From: Dehalococcoidia bacterium
GTDB lineage: Bacteria > Chloroflexota > Dehalococcoidia > Plut-88900
DNA: 64,000 bases
Reading direction: 5' to 3'
Assembly: GCA_965207225.1 (NCBI GenBank)
Contig: CBDBLV010000005.1
Span: 192,001 to 256,000 of the forward strand
The notes under the pieces are model-generated. The model worked only from the letters and a program-made list of their open reading frames with translations, had not been told where the DNA came from and did not search any database. This document shows positions 19,048-29,800 of the stretch, piece after piece (the stretch's first letter is position 1; the number at the start of each line of letters is the position of its first letter). The position numbers were made by a program, and so were the translations under genes.

Positions 19048-19326
19048 ATGGCCAAGAAGCTGAACATCGAGGTCGAATACTGCACTCTTTGAAACTACCT
19101 CCCCGAAGCCGTCAGTCTGACGGAAGAGGTGATGAGGGAATACGACTACGACATCGCTACCTTCAACATCATCACTGCCTCTCAGGGCAAGTTCGAGGTG
19201 AGGATCGACGGTGAGACGGTCCACTCCAAGCTGGAGACGGGCCGGTTCCCGAGCAACGAAGAGATTAAAGAGGCGATAAAGGCCCGGCTGCCCGAGGAGG
19301 CGACTCCCTCGCTGTTCGGGTCCTAA
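19048..19326 (+). CDS. SelW/SelT/SelH (Rdx) family selenoprotein, CxxU, UGA at 19090-19092
   Basis: MAKKLNIEVEYCTL-TGA-NYLPEA...GKFEVRIDGETVHSKLETGRFP; SECIS-like hairpin follows. Confidence 0.88.
19096..19131 (+). promoter_or_regulatory. Putative bacterial SECIS hairpin
   Basis: acctc...ccgtca-gtc-tgacgg...gaggt stem starting a few nt after the in-frame TGA. Confidence 0.65.
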
Positions 19327-19349
19327 GAGTTTAAGAACAAACACGATAT

Positions 19350-19630
19350 AGGCGAAGACGGAGACGAGTAGGGGCACGAAAGCTGCGGTCAGCGAGCCTG
19401 GACCGGTGAGAGCAGGCCCGGAGCCCGGCCCCGAAAATCCCTCCCGAGCCGCCACCCGAAACCTGATACCGGGGAGGTAGGCGTGGCCGGAGTCGCTCCC
19501 CGTTACAGGGGCGAGGGCATCGGCCTTGTAATATGGGGTCCGTGCTTTAATGAGAAGGTCCGCTTCGGGCGGACAATTAGGGTGGTACCGCGGGTTGGAA
19601 CCCGTCCCTGTGAAGGGGGCGGGTTTTTTG
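19350..19630 (+). promoter_or_regulatory. T-box riboswitch (Ile) with intrinsic terminator
   Basis: Stem I GA/AG motifs, specifier ATC at 19437-19439, T-box GGGTGGTACCGCG near 19580-19592, terminator hairpin plus T-tract; precedes ileS. Confidence 0.92.
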
Positions 19631-19676
19631 TTGGGGTGCGTGGGGATGAGGGGCGTGGGTGGGGCAACATGCCTTT

Positions 19677-19714
19677 CACCCTCACCCCAGCCCTCTCCCA
19701 TCAAGGAAGAGGGG
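19677..19714. repeat. CACCCTCACCC..CCCTCTCCC-N-GGGAGAGGG palindromic repeat (representative copy)
   Basis: Similar copies near 31323, 53510, 55018, 14539, 59192 and as the left part of the composite elements. Confidence 0.75.
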
Positions 19715-19820
19715 GTAGGACACCCCTTCGACCCCGCGGGAGGGCGACCAGCGGGTCACCCCTACGGGAGGGGGGACGACAACAGGGAATTGAGTAGAGA
19801 AATAAGGTTTAAGTAAGGCG

Positions 19821-22800
19821 ATGAACGAGAAGATGTTTGAACCGGTATCGAGCAAGGTTAGTTTTCCGGAACTGGAGACGCGGGTGCTGGAGTTCTGGAA
19901 GGAGCGTGATATTGCGACCCGGTCGGTGGAGGAGCGTCGGGACAGGCCGCTGTACGTGATGTACGAAGGACCCCCAACGGCCAACGCGGGCCCCGGGATT
20001 CACCACGTCCTGTCACGGGTGTTCAAGGACATCATGCCCCGCTACAAGACTATGAAGGGTTTCTGCGCGCCCCGGAAGGCGGGCTGGGACACCCACGGGC
20101 TGCCGGTGGAGCTGGAGGTCGAGAAGAGTCTCGGGATCACGCAGAAGGCTCAAATTGAGGAGCACGGGATACGGGAGTTCAACGCCGCCTGCAAGCAGAA
20201 CGTGATGCGCTACGTCAAGGAGTGGGAAGACCTGACCGACCGCATTGGGTTCTGGATCGACATGAACGACCCCTACGTCACCTTCGAGAACTCGTACATC
20301 GAGTCGATGTGGTGGATTCTGAAGCAGCTGTGGGATCGGGGCCTGATCCACGAGGCGTACAAGTCGATCTGGCACTGTCCCCGATGCGTGACCTCGCTGA
20401 GCGACCACGAGGTGGCCCAGGGCTACAACGACCAGACGAAGGACGTGGCTATCTTCGTGAAGTTCCGCGTCGATCTGGAGGAGGACGACTACAGCAATGA
20501 TGCCCGCAAGCTGATAGGCGGGTCTCACCTCCCGACCTACATCCTCGCCTGGACCACGACCCCCTGGACCCTTCCCGGCAACACGGCCCTCGCCATAGAC
20601 CCCGAAGCGGACTACGCAGTTGTAGAGGACAAGGCGGATGGGTCGATACCCGAGAGGCTGATCATGGCCGAGGCCCTGGTGAGCAAGCTGCTGCCGCCGG
20701 GCTACGATACGGTCGGGACGGTGAAGGGGAGCGACCTGGTCGGCATGGGGTACAAGTCGCTGTACAACCCGGTGGCGTACAAGGTGCCGGGAATCGGGAA
20801 GTTTGCGGAGGGTCGGGTGCAGAGGGGGGCGAGCTATCAGCCGGGACAGACGGCGACGTTCCACGTGGTCGGGGGGGACTTCGTGAGCTTGGATGAGGGG
20901 ACGGGGGTAGTGCACATAGCACCGGCCTTCGGTGAAGACGACTTCAAGATAGGGGCGTCGGAGGAGCTGTACTTCGTGCAGCACATCGATTTGCAGGGCA
21001 ACATGATCGGGAACTTCCCCTTCGCGGGCAAATTCGTGAAGGATGCAGATTCGGACATCATCGACGACCTGACGGCCCGAGAGCTGCTGTTCAGGCACAC
21101 CCAGATCGTCCACACCTATCCGTTCTGCTGGCGGTGCAGTTCGCCGCTGGTGTACTACGCCAAGAGCTCCTGGTACATCAACACCACGGCGATCAAGGAC
21201 ACCCTGCTGGACAACAACGATAAGGTGAACTGGTATCCGGGCCACATCAAGTGGGGCCGGTTCGGGGAGTGGCTGCGGAACGTGCAGGACTGGGCCATCT
21301 CCCGGGAGCGGTACTGGGGCACACCGATACCCTTCTGGCAGTGCGACTCCTGTGAGAAGTACGAGTGCGTCGGATCCATAGAAGAACTGCGGGACAAGAA
21401 AAACGTGCGCGGGGTTCCGGAGCCCCTGGACCTACACCGGCCTTACGTCGACGAGATCTTTTATGAGTGCGGCGACTGCGGCGGAACCATGTCCAGAATC
21501 CTGGAGGTGATGGATGTCTGGTTCGACTCGGGGGCGATGCCCATAGCGCAGTGGCACTACCCGTTCGAGAACAACGGGATGAAGGAAGATGGTCGGTTCC
21601 CGGCGGACTACATCTGTGAGGCCGTCGACCAGACCCGGGGCTGGTTCTACAGCCTGCACGCTGTGTCATCGCTGGTGTTTGGGGAACCGTGCTACCGGAA
21701 CGTCATCTGCCTGGGCCACATCCTGGACGAGGCCGGGGAGAAGATGAGCAAGTCCAAGGGGAACGTGGTGCAACCGTGGTCCGTCCTCGATGCCCAGGGC
21801 GCCGACGCCCTGCGCTGGTACCTGTATACGGCGTCGCCGCCGGGGAACCCGCGCCGGTTCTCGGGGGAGCTGGTACAGGAAGCGATCCGGAAGTTCATGC
21901 TGACACTCTGGAACACCTACTCCTTCTTCGTGACCTACGCCAACATCGATGGGTACCGGCCGAATGGCACGGGAAATGGGGCGAAGGCGTCGGGGCTGGA
22001 CCGGTGGATAGAGTCGGAGCTGAACCGGCTCGTCAAGGACGTGACGGAGTCGTTGGACAACTACGACCCAACGAACGCGGGCCGCAGGATCGAGGCATTC
22101 GTGGACGTGCTGTCCAACTGGTACGTGCGTCGGAGCCGTCGGCGCTTCTGGAAGAGCGAGAATGACGATGAGAAGCAGTCTGCGTACGACACGCTGTACG
22201 GCTGCCTTGTGACGTTGTCCAAGCTCATTGCTCCCTTCACGCCGTTCCTGGCCGAAGAACTGTACCGGAACCTGGTGTCGACGGTTGATGACTCTGCGCC
22301 GGAAAGCGTTCACCTGACCGAGTTCCCGGAGGCCGATGAGTCGCTGATAGACCCGGCGCTAAACGACGAGGCCCGTCTGGCGATGAAGATAAGCAGCCTG
22401 GGTCGGGCGGCGAGGAGCAAGGCGGCGATCAAAGTGCGGCAGCCGTTGGCGTCGGTGAAGGTGGTGGTGCGGGGCGAGGGGGAGAGGGAGGCCCTGCGGC
22501 GCAGCTTTGGCGAGGTGAGCGAGGAGCTTAACGTGAAGACATTGGAATTCATGGAGTCGGCATCGGAGGTGTATGACTACAAGGTATCGGCGAACACGCC
22601 GTTGCTCGGGCCCAAGTACGGGAAGGATACGCCGAAGATCGTCAAAGGACTTACGGCAATGGACCCCGGCGAGGTGGCGAGGGTTGTGCAGTCGGGCGGA
22701 AGCATCGAGGTGTCGGGATTTACGCTGGCGCCCGAAGAGGTGAACCTGGAGGCGGTGGAGAAGGAAGGGGTGTCGGTGGCGGCGGAGGGAGACTACGTGG

Positions 22801-23096
22801 TCGGGATACCTACTATCATCTCTGAGGAGCTGGCTAAAGAAGGCATGGCCCGGGAGCTGGTGCACCGGCTGCAGACCATGCGGAGGTCGGCGGGGTTCGA
22901 GGTGGTGGACCAGATAGTGAGTTACATGGTCGGGGAAGGGGCCCCGACGGAGGCCCTTGCCGCCCACGAGACCTACGTGAAGCAGGAGACGCTGTCCCAA
23001 GAGGTCTTCACGACCACGCCACCGGTGGAGGCGTTCGTGGAGACGCACAAGCTGGACGGTCGGGAGGTGGTGCTGGGGGTGGTGAGGGTGGGGTAG
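19821..23096 (+). CDS. ileS: Isoleucine--tRNA ligase, type 2 (IleRS2)
   Basis: GPPTAN..GIHH, GWDTHGLPVE, WTTTPWT, KMSKS; long IleRS2-type C-terminus; Ile T-box upstream. Confidence 0.96.
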   Translation: MNEKMFEPVSSKVSFPELETRVLEFWKERDIATRSVEERRDRPLYVMYEGPPTANAGPGIHHVLSRVFKDIMPRYKTMKGFCAPRKAGWDTHGLPVELEVEKSLGITQKAQIEEHGIREFNAACKQNVMRYVKEWEDLTDRIGFWIDMNDPYVTFENSYIESMWWILKQLWDRGLIHEAYKSIWHCPRCVTSLSDHEVAQGYNDQTKDVAIFVKFRVDLEEDDYSNDARKLIGGSHLPTYILAWTTTPWTLPGNTALAIDPEADYAVVEDKADGSIPERLIMAEALVSKLLPPGYDTVGTVKGSDLVGMGYKSLYNPVAYKVPGIGKFAEGRVQRGASYQPGQTATFHVVGGDFVSLDEGTGVVHIAPAFGEDDFKIGASEELYFVQHIDLQGNMIGNFPFAGKFVKDADSDIIDDLTARELLFRHTQIVHTYPFCWRCSSPLVYYAKSSWYINTTAIKDTLLDNNDKVNWYPGHIKWGRFGEWLRNVQDWAISRERYWGTPIPFWQCDSCEKYECVGSIEELRDKKNVRGVPEPLDLHRPYVDEIFYECGDCGGTMSRILEVMDVWFDSGAMPIAQWHYPFENNGMKEDGRFPADYICEAVDQTRGWFYSLHAVSSLVFGEPCYRNVICLGHILDEAGEKMSKSKGNVVQPWSVLDAQGADALRWYLYTASPPGNPRRFSGELVQEAIRKFMLTLWNTYSFFVTYANIDGYRPNGTGNGAKASGLDRWIESELNRLVKDVTESLDNYDPTNAGRRIEAFVDVLSNWYVRRSRRRFWKSENDDEKQSAYDTLYGCLVTLSKLIAPFTPFLAEELYRNLVSTVDDSAPESVHLTEFPEADESLIDPALNDEARLAMKISSLGRAARSKAAIKVRQPLASVKVVVRGEGEREALRRSFGEVSEELNVKTLEFMESASEVYDYKVSANTPLLGPKYGKDTPKIVKGLTAMDPGEVARVVQSGGSIEVSGFTLAPEEVNLEAVEKEGVSVAAEGDYVVGIPTIISEELAKEGMARELVHRLQTMRRSAGFEVVDQIVSYMVGEGAPTEALAAHETYVKQETLSQEVFTTTPPVEAFVETHKLDGREVVLGVVRVG

Positions 23097-23136
23097 GGGG
23101 TTGTCTTCCCTACGAAAACGATCGATTTCTCGTCAT

Positions 23137-23751
23137 TTATTCATCTTGCCCTGCCACTCTACTGGGAGCTGCCAATAGGCGCCAACCTGCAACGCACAGG
23201 CAGCCATATAAGGTGCCCTCTGCCAGGCGTTGCATTAGGCCTCTCCATTGATCAAGGTCAGGGACCAAAGCCAGCGTGTAAATAGTTGCGAAAGTTGTCG
23301 CCAGCACCAACCAGCCCACTCTCCCGGCCAGCGAGAGTCTTTGGTTAAGAGATAGGAATACCAATCCTGACGTGGTCGCACAAAGGGTAGCTACACTCAA
23401 CACATTATGGATATTTTGGGAAAGACTACCTGTACTGGGACACCCCAAGTCACAAGGAGCGAAGGCTGACCCAATATAGGCAATGGGCTCGGCGGCAAGA
23501 AGCCAATAACCCAGGTGACTGACTCCGGTCAATTTTGTGTGTGGGGCAACCGCGAGCAATAGCGCAAGGCCAATGATTCCCAGAGGAAGAAACCCGAAAT
23601 AACCGATCTGCCAGCTCCAAGCTGAACCCCTGGCATTGAGTTCGCTAATGTACTGGCCGGTATGGCTAAAATCGGTTTTTAACCACGCGCCGCCAAACAA
23701 TACTGCGAGATAGAATGAAACCAGTACCAGTATGAGCCAACGCCAATTCAT
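23137..23751 (-). CDS. DUF998 family membrane protein
   Basis: QYISELNARG, FAPCD.GC, IHN, GLMQR motifs; lower GC. Confidence 0.75.
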   Translation of the reverse strand: MNWRWLILVLVSFYLAVLFGGAWLKTDFSHTGQYISELNARGSAWSWQIGYFGFLPLGIIGLALLLAVAPHTKLTGVSHLGYWLLAAEPIAYIGSAFAPCDLGCPSTGSLSQNIHNVLSVATLCATTSGLVFLSLNQRLSLAGRVGWLVLATTFATIYTLALVPDLDQWRGLMQRLAEGTLYGCLCVAGWRLLAAPSRVAGQDE

Positions 23752-23873
23752 CAGAATCTATTATTCGAGGGTACAACTCAATCAAAGGATACGCATACAC
23801 CTAAAAGACTGCCCCTAGAAGAGGCAGTAGGGTGACCTTCGTGGCCGTTTCTACCGTGCGGCCGGTCAAGGTG

Positions 23874-24938
23874 CTACTGGCGGACGGCGAGGACTACGGA
23901 GAAGGTGAGTTCTTCGCCTTCGCGGACTATGGTGATGGGGAGGGCCTGGCCGATGGGGCTGGTGCGGATTAGGTGGATGAACTCGTTGCTGGAGGTGAGG
24001 ACTTCGCCGTTGAAGTTGATGGCGACGTCCCGGGGCTCGATGCCAGCGTCGGAGGCGGGGGTGCCGTTTAGGACGTTAGTAATGAGGACGCCTTCTTCGA
24101 CGTCCAGGTCGAACCGCATGGCTATTACGGGATTGACGGTAGCCAGAGTCACGCCCAGGTAGCCACGCACCACCTCACCGGTGGCGATCAGCTGCTCGAC
24201 GACACGGTTGATGGTGGTTGTGCCCATGGCAAACCCGATTCCCGGCTGGGTCCTGTCGATGGCCGTGTTGATGCCCACAATCTCGCTGTCCATGTTGAGG
24301 AGGGGGCCGCCGCTGTTGCCCGGGTTGATGGCGGCGTCGGTCTGCACCAGGTCGCTTAGCTCGCCGTCGCTGACGGAGACGGACCTGCCGAGGGCGCTCA
24401 CGACGCCCGCAGTGACGGTGGGCCCGCCCTCCAAGGCCAGGGCGTTGCCGATGGCGACGACGGGTTCGCCGATGCGGAGGGTCTCGCTGTCTCCGAAGCT
24501 GAGGGTGGGCAGGTCATCGGCGTCTATTCTCAGGACAGCGAGGTCGGAGGTCGGGTCTGCGCCGACTATTTCGGCGCTGAAATGACGGTCATCGGTTAGG
24601 GTAACCAGGACAAAGTTAGCCCCTTCTACTACGTGGCTATTGGTGAGAATCAGGCCGTCCTCGCTGATGATGACGCCGGAACCACTGTAATCGGACTGGG
24701 AGGCAGGGTCCAGGAACTGCCTGAGATCTACGGGGCCGGTAAGGATGGAGACGACGGCGGGGAGGGACTGCTCCGCCACGTCGGCGAAGAAGAGAAGGCC
24801 CGGGATGGAGGTAGGGGTGGTGCTTGGTGCCGGGGTCTCGGTAGGGGTAGGGGTGGGCTCGGGGTCCGGGATGCAGGCAAAGGCAGTTACAGACAACAGG
24901 AGAGCGACGGTGAGGGCAGTTAGCAACGAGGGTCTCAT
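23874..24938 (-). CDS. HtrA/DegP-like serine protease with PDZ domain (lipoprotein)
   Basis: TNSHVV, DLAVL, QTDAAINPGNSGGPL, C-terminal PDZ. Confidence 0.93.
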   Translation of the reverse strand: MRPSLLTALTVALLLSVTAFACIPDPEPTPTPTETPAPSTTPTSIPGLLFFADVAEQSLPAVVSILTGPVDLRQFLDPASQSDYSGSGVIISEDGLILTNSHVVEGANFVLVTLTDDRHFSAEIVGADPTSDLAVLRIDADDLPTLSFGDSETLRIGEPVVAIGNALALEGGPTVTAGVVSALGRSVSVSDGELSDLVQTDAAINPGNSGGPLLNMDSEIVGINTAIDRTQPGIGFAMGTTTINRVVEQLIATGEVVRGYLGVTLATVNPVIAMRFDLDVEEGVLITNVLNGTPASDAGIEPRDVAINFNGEVLTSSNEFIHLIRTSPIGQALPITIVREGEELTFSVVLAVRQ

Positions 24939-24954
24939 GGTCGGGGGGAGTGGG

Positions 24955-25908
24955 CTAGCCGCCGTCCTCGGTCTTGGTATAGACCAGCATATCCACGATT
25001 ATCTGCCCCGAGCCATCGCCGTTGTCGTCCATCTGCTGCCTCTTGCGCCGAAGCTTGTTCAGCCGGGAAGCGACCACTGCGCCGAAGAGGAGGACGACGC
25101 CGGAGAAGTATGCCCAGGCCAACAATACCACCATGGTTGCTGCGGTGCCGTAGACCAGGTTGTAGATGGAGATGTTGGCTACATACCAGACGAAGCCGTG
25201 GCGCAGGGCTTCGAAGGATACGGCGGCGATGGCTGCGCCGGGCCATACGTCCCTCCAGTGAACCCGGGTGTTGGGGATGTACCGGTAGAGGGTGGCGAAA
25301 GAAACAAAGGTGAGCAGGAGTGGCAGGCCCCAGCCGAGGAGGAACCAGGTACCGCCCCAAGCGCTGCCGGCCTCCGTGCTGGCCGTACTGCGAGAGAATT
25401 CGATGATGGGGGTGATGGAGAGGGAAAGGGTGAATATGAGCCATGAGCCGAGCATGAGTGAGAAGTCGATCACACGCTCCCGCATGAAGGACCGGGGCCT
25501 GAAGATGGCCCACGCGGCATTGATTCCCTTGCGGGTAGCGGAGAATACGGCGAGAGAGGCCCAAACCAACCCAATCAAGGCGACGGTCCCAGTGTAGGGC
25601 CAGTCGTTGGAGATGTTTATCAGAGTATCGGTTATGAATTCCCGGGAGACGGGGATGGCGTTGCCGATCCGTTCAATAAAGGCGTCGTAGGACAGGAAGT
25701 CGCCGGTGATGATGATGACGGCGAGGACCATGGGGAACATGGAGAAAAGCCCCCAGAAGGCGATGGAAGCGGCCATGTGGGGGACGTTGAAGGTCAGGAA
25801 ATCGTGGACAATAGACTTGAAGAGGGACTTGATAATGTCCCGTCGCCTCTGGCCAAGCCTGTCGCGCTTGTTCAGCCAGTCGGGGTTGAATATGGCTGGG
25901 ACTTTCAT
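24955..25908 (-). CDS. YihY/BrkB family membrane protein
   Basis: AASIAFWGLFSMFP, LYRYIP, YNLVYG...L.W.Y....LLFGA. Confidence 0.88.
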   Translation of the reverse strand: MKVPAIFNPDWLNKRDRLGQRRRDIIKSLFKSIVHDFLTFNVPHMAASIAFWGLFSMFPMVLAVIIITGDFLSYDAFIERIGNAIPVSREFITDTLINISNDWPYTGTVALIGLVWASLAVFSATRKGINAAWAIFRPRSFMRERVIDFSLMLGSWLIFTLSLSITPIIEFSRSTASTEAGSAWGGTWFLLGWGLPLLLTFVSFATLYRYIPNTRVHWRDVWPGAAIAAVSFEALRHGFVWYVANISIYNLVYGTAATMVVLLAWAYFSGVVLLFGAVVASRLNKLRRKRQQMDDNGDGSGQIIVDMLVYTKTEDGG

Positions 25909-25971
25909 CTTATGCTAAGTAGTGAATAATGACAGGGCACCACATGGGGTCCAGGGCGTCGGGGAGCGGGG

Positions 25972-26715
25972 CTAGAGAATGGCTCCGGCGGGCGCCTTGC
26001 CCCGACTTTCCACCGCTTCTCTCTGAGCTTCGAATAGCTGCTTGAGGCCTTGGGAGACGGAGTCCAGGATGGAGTCCATCTCGTCCCGGGAGAAGGGGCG
26101 GGCCTCGCCGGTGCCCTGAACCTCGATGATCTGACCCGAGTCGGTCATCACGACGTTGAAGTCGACGCTGGCGGATGAGTCTTCCTCATAGCACATGTCC
26201 AGTAGGACGTCGCTGCCCCGGATGCCGGCGCTCAGGCCGGCGACGGCGGAGACCATGGGCGACGCTCGGCCGGTGAGGCCCAGCTTGTCCATGGAGTCGA
26301 GCAGGGCCACGTAGGCGCCGGTGATGGAGGCCATTCGGGTGCCGCCGTCGGCCTGCAGGACGTCACAGTCGACGGTCAGGGTCCTTTCGCCAAGCTTTGT
26401 CATGTCGGTGACGGAGCGGAGGGAGCGGCCGATAAGGCGCTGAATCTCCATGCTCCTGCCGCTGGGCCGGCCCTTGGACTGTTCTCTGGGTGTGCGCTCG
26501 GGTGTGGCCCGGGGGAGCATGGCGTATTCTGCGGTGATCCACCCCTGCCCCCGGCCCCTCAGGAAGAAGGGCACGCGATCTTCAACAGACACGGTGCAGA
26601 GCACCTTGGTCCGGCCCTGGGAAATCATCGCAGATCCTTCGGCGAAGGCCTGGATGCCCCTGACAATCCGCACAGGCCGAAGCTGGCCCGCGGACCTGCC
26701 ATCGGTCCTGATCAA
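25972..26715 (-). CDS. rph: Ribonuclease PH
   Basis: AEGSA, TAEYAMLPRAT, GRSMEIQRLIGRSLR, QADGGTR; TTG start at 26715. Confidence 0.95.
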   Translation of the reverse strand: MIRTDGRSAGQLRPVRIVRGIQAFAEGSAMISQGRTKVLCTVSVEDRVPFFLRGRGQGWITAEYAMLPRATPERTPREQSKGRPSGRSMEIQRLIGRSLRSVTDMTKLGERTLTVDCDVLQADGGTRMASITGAYVALLDSMDKLGLTGRASPMVSAVAGLSAGIRGSDVLLDMCYEEDSSASVDFNVVMTDSGQIIEVQGTGEARPFSRDEMDSILDSVSQGLKQLFEAQREAVESRGKAPAGAIL

Positions 26716-26815
26716 CTTCCCTCCCCTAGCTGGGCAACCGGCCCCTATAGCCGACATGCCTGCATTCGAGTATAGCATCGGGTGAAATGGCGGGCAATTT
26801 GGGGCGGGAGGCTGG

Positions 26816-29800
26816 TCAAAACGGCACCCGATAGATTTTGACCTCGGGGTTGGGGGAGGTGGGGGTGGGGTAGATGGGTTCGAGGAGGCCGTCCCGGGCC
26901 ATCAACTCGAACTTGTCGAGGCCCGGCTGGGGGTAGTAGAGCCGCTCCAGCTGGCCGACGTAGATGTAGCGAACATTGTATTTTTCGATGAGGCGTCGGG
27001 TGTAATCCAGGTCGGTGGCGGTGTAAAGGGCCTGGACGTCGGCGCGGCGGGCGGAGACGTGGTCCCGGTCCTCCCAGCGCTGCTGCTGCTGATGCCAGTC
27101 CCAGCCGACGACGGTCGGGAGCCCGGTGTAAACCGAGACCCGGCTCCCCCAGGTGTACAGCCCCGAGTTCCCCTCCAGAATGACGGGAGATCCCTCCAGG
27201 TTGTCCTGCAGCCAGATGATGGCGTGGTAGTCCCAGCCCAGTTCCAGCACTTCATGGGGTTCGATGGAACCGCTGCGGTCTCGATCATCGTAGTAGACGG
27301 CGCCGGGCATATAGGCCATGCCGTCGATGGTGGTCGGGGAGTCGTTGAAGCGCTGCTTCGAGCGCTCGGGGGTGGCGGCGACGGGGTAGACCATGCCCGC
27401 GACGATCAAGACTACCAGTAACTGTGTCCAGGCAATTCTCCGGGCCGTGAATTTAGGCGGAATCGCCATTGCACCGAGCCGCCAGGCGAAGTAAGCAGAG
27501 GCCAACGCCATCAGGGTCCAGGCGTGGAAGTAGAACTTGAAGACGGTGTTCATGCGGCCTGGGTCGACGAGCTTGACCTTGAAGAACTCGACGCCTATGC
27601 CCAGGGCGAGGGCCACGGCGAGCATGAGGAGGGCGAAAAGCTCGGGGCCCGAGCCCTCCTCCCTCTTGATGAGCAACTTTATCCCTACCAGAGCTGTCAG
27701 AAGCAGGACCACGGTTGCGAAGGCGGCGGTGTGGTATCCGAAGCCCGCCATAGCCGCCAGCAGGATAACTATGCCGACCACGGGCCAGAGCCACTGGGCA
27801 CGCAGGGCGGCGAGCCGGAGGAAGGCTGTCGGGGACCGGAGGCTGGACCTGATGGGAAATTCCTGCCAGAGGCGATAGAAAAGATAGCTGATGGCGATGA
27901 ACAGGAAGATGCCGTGGATGGCCAGGTACTGGTAGAGGGGTGTGGCGAACTCGTTGGGTTCGATGAAGGGGAAGTCTACTGAGCCTTCGTAGCTGAGGTG
28001 GAAGGGTGCGAAGAACAGTATGCCGAGAAGCCAGACGCCCAACCCCCCCGCCCCGACCAGCACGACGGTCCTGCCCGAGACTCTCCCTTTCGTGAAGGCC
28101 AGCGTGGCCAGGAACACGACGCCCAGCGATAGCAGAAGGTAGGTCGGGTAGTCCCAGCTGTTGATGGTGAACAGGGCGCCGACGGCCAAGCCGAGGACGG
28201 CAATCCTCGCCGCCCAGGCCCGAGTCGAGCATCCATTTGCGGCACCCAGGACAAGGGCCAGCCCGAGACCCAGGGCTAGGATGGCGAAGGGTAGGGCGAT
28301 GAGGTGGGCGTGGAGGTCGGCGTAGAGGAAGCTGAAGAAGGGGAATTCGGTGATTTCGCAGCCGCCACAGGAGTTGAGGCCGCCCTGCGCCGAGGTGTCG
28401 ATTACCCGGCTGCTCCGCCAGTAGTCGAAGACACCGAGCTCACCATCGCCGAAGGTTACCCTCCACATGGCCTGGACGAGCTGGACCATGCCGTCCAGGT
28501 TTCCGATTATGGCAACGAACACGGCTCCGGCTATTCCGGCCAGGTAGGGGCCCGAGGGGCTGGGGGGTGGGGCGCGGTCGCCGCCCCCGTTTCTGCTTGC
28601 AGCGAGGTTGTAGATGAGGCTGAAGGCCCCGCCCACGGTCAGGGCGAAGACCAGCGCTATTGCCAGGTTGAATGCCGTGGAGGGCAGGATGCCCGTGAGC
28701 TTGGTCAGGGATGCGACCTGGAACTGGCCGAAGTAGTAGTAGTTCAGGTGGCCGCCTGAGAACCATGGGTCGTAGGGGGGCATCTCGGTGGAACGGGTGA
28801 CGGCATTGAGGTAGGCGAAGTCCATGGGCTTCTCGCCGCCGCGCCACGGGTGCCAGAGGTCGGGGTTCCAGGCCCGGATCCCGAAAAAGGAGACCAGGGC
28901 CACGACGAAGATCGCTTCGCAGAACAGGATGAGCTTCCAGCGTCGCCGGAAGAAGTCGAGGACGTCGACCTCACCCCTCCAAACGAGGAGCCCCGAGACA
29001 AGGGCCACGGCCAGTATCATCAGCCACAGTCCAACCGCCGAAAATTCCAATATCCCCAGGCTGGCCAGCAGCCAGGCAAGGTAGGCAACAAGAAGCAGGC
29101 CGAGGGCCTTGGACAGCAGGTATCCGCCGTCGGGGAGGCGGCGGAAGAGGAACAGGCCGATGGGCAGGACGGCAAAGGCAATTATCTGGATGGCGATGTA
29201 CCAGACCAGCCCCGGGGCCCGGTTGGCAAAGCTGGTACGTTCGAAGATGTCCGAGAAGGTGCCGCCCTCCTGCTGCCGGACGGCACTCTTCTCGGAAAGC
29301 ATGCCTCGTTCGGGGATGCCGGGTGTCGGGGGGGCGCGTATGGTCTCGCCGGGGAGGGGTGTTTCCAGCAGGGTGCGAAGGGTCGCCTCGTTCAGTTGGC
29401 CGACGTTCTTGAGGATGATGGGCGTCGGGTGTTCGTAGTTGGTGAAGGAATCGTCGGCGTGGCCGAGGTCCAGCGCCAGCCCCGACACCCGGCCCGGCCC
29501 CAGCGCTGCCGGAGCCATTAGCCCAGGCCTTGAGAAAGTGTCGTGTACGAAACTTACGCCCAGGAAGTTTGGATGGGCCTCCGCAACGTAGTCCACCTCG
29601 AAACCCAATTCGCCGGAGAACAGGAGCTTGTAGTAGCGGGTGCTCAGCGGGTATCGGTCGGGGAGGGTGGGGATGCTGCCGTAGAGCCGGTTGCTGAAGA
29701 GGATTACGTAGTCCGAGTTGGCAAGGGCGTCGGCGAGGTGGTCGGCCTTGCTGCCGACCACGGTGAATCCATCGTGGTCCGTGTACTGGATGGGCACATC

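Noticed and set aside
18904-19704. N-terminal extension of the 652-aa ORF 17746-19704
   Set aside because: It is antisense to the Rdx selenoprotein and the T-box; the MTase most plausibly starts at 18903
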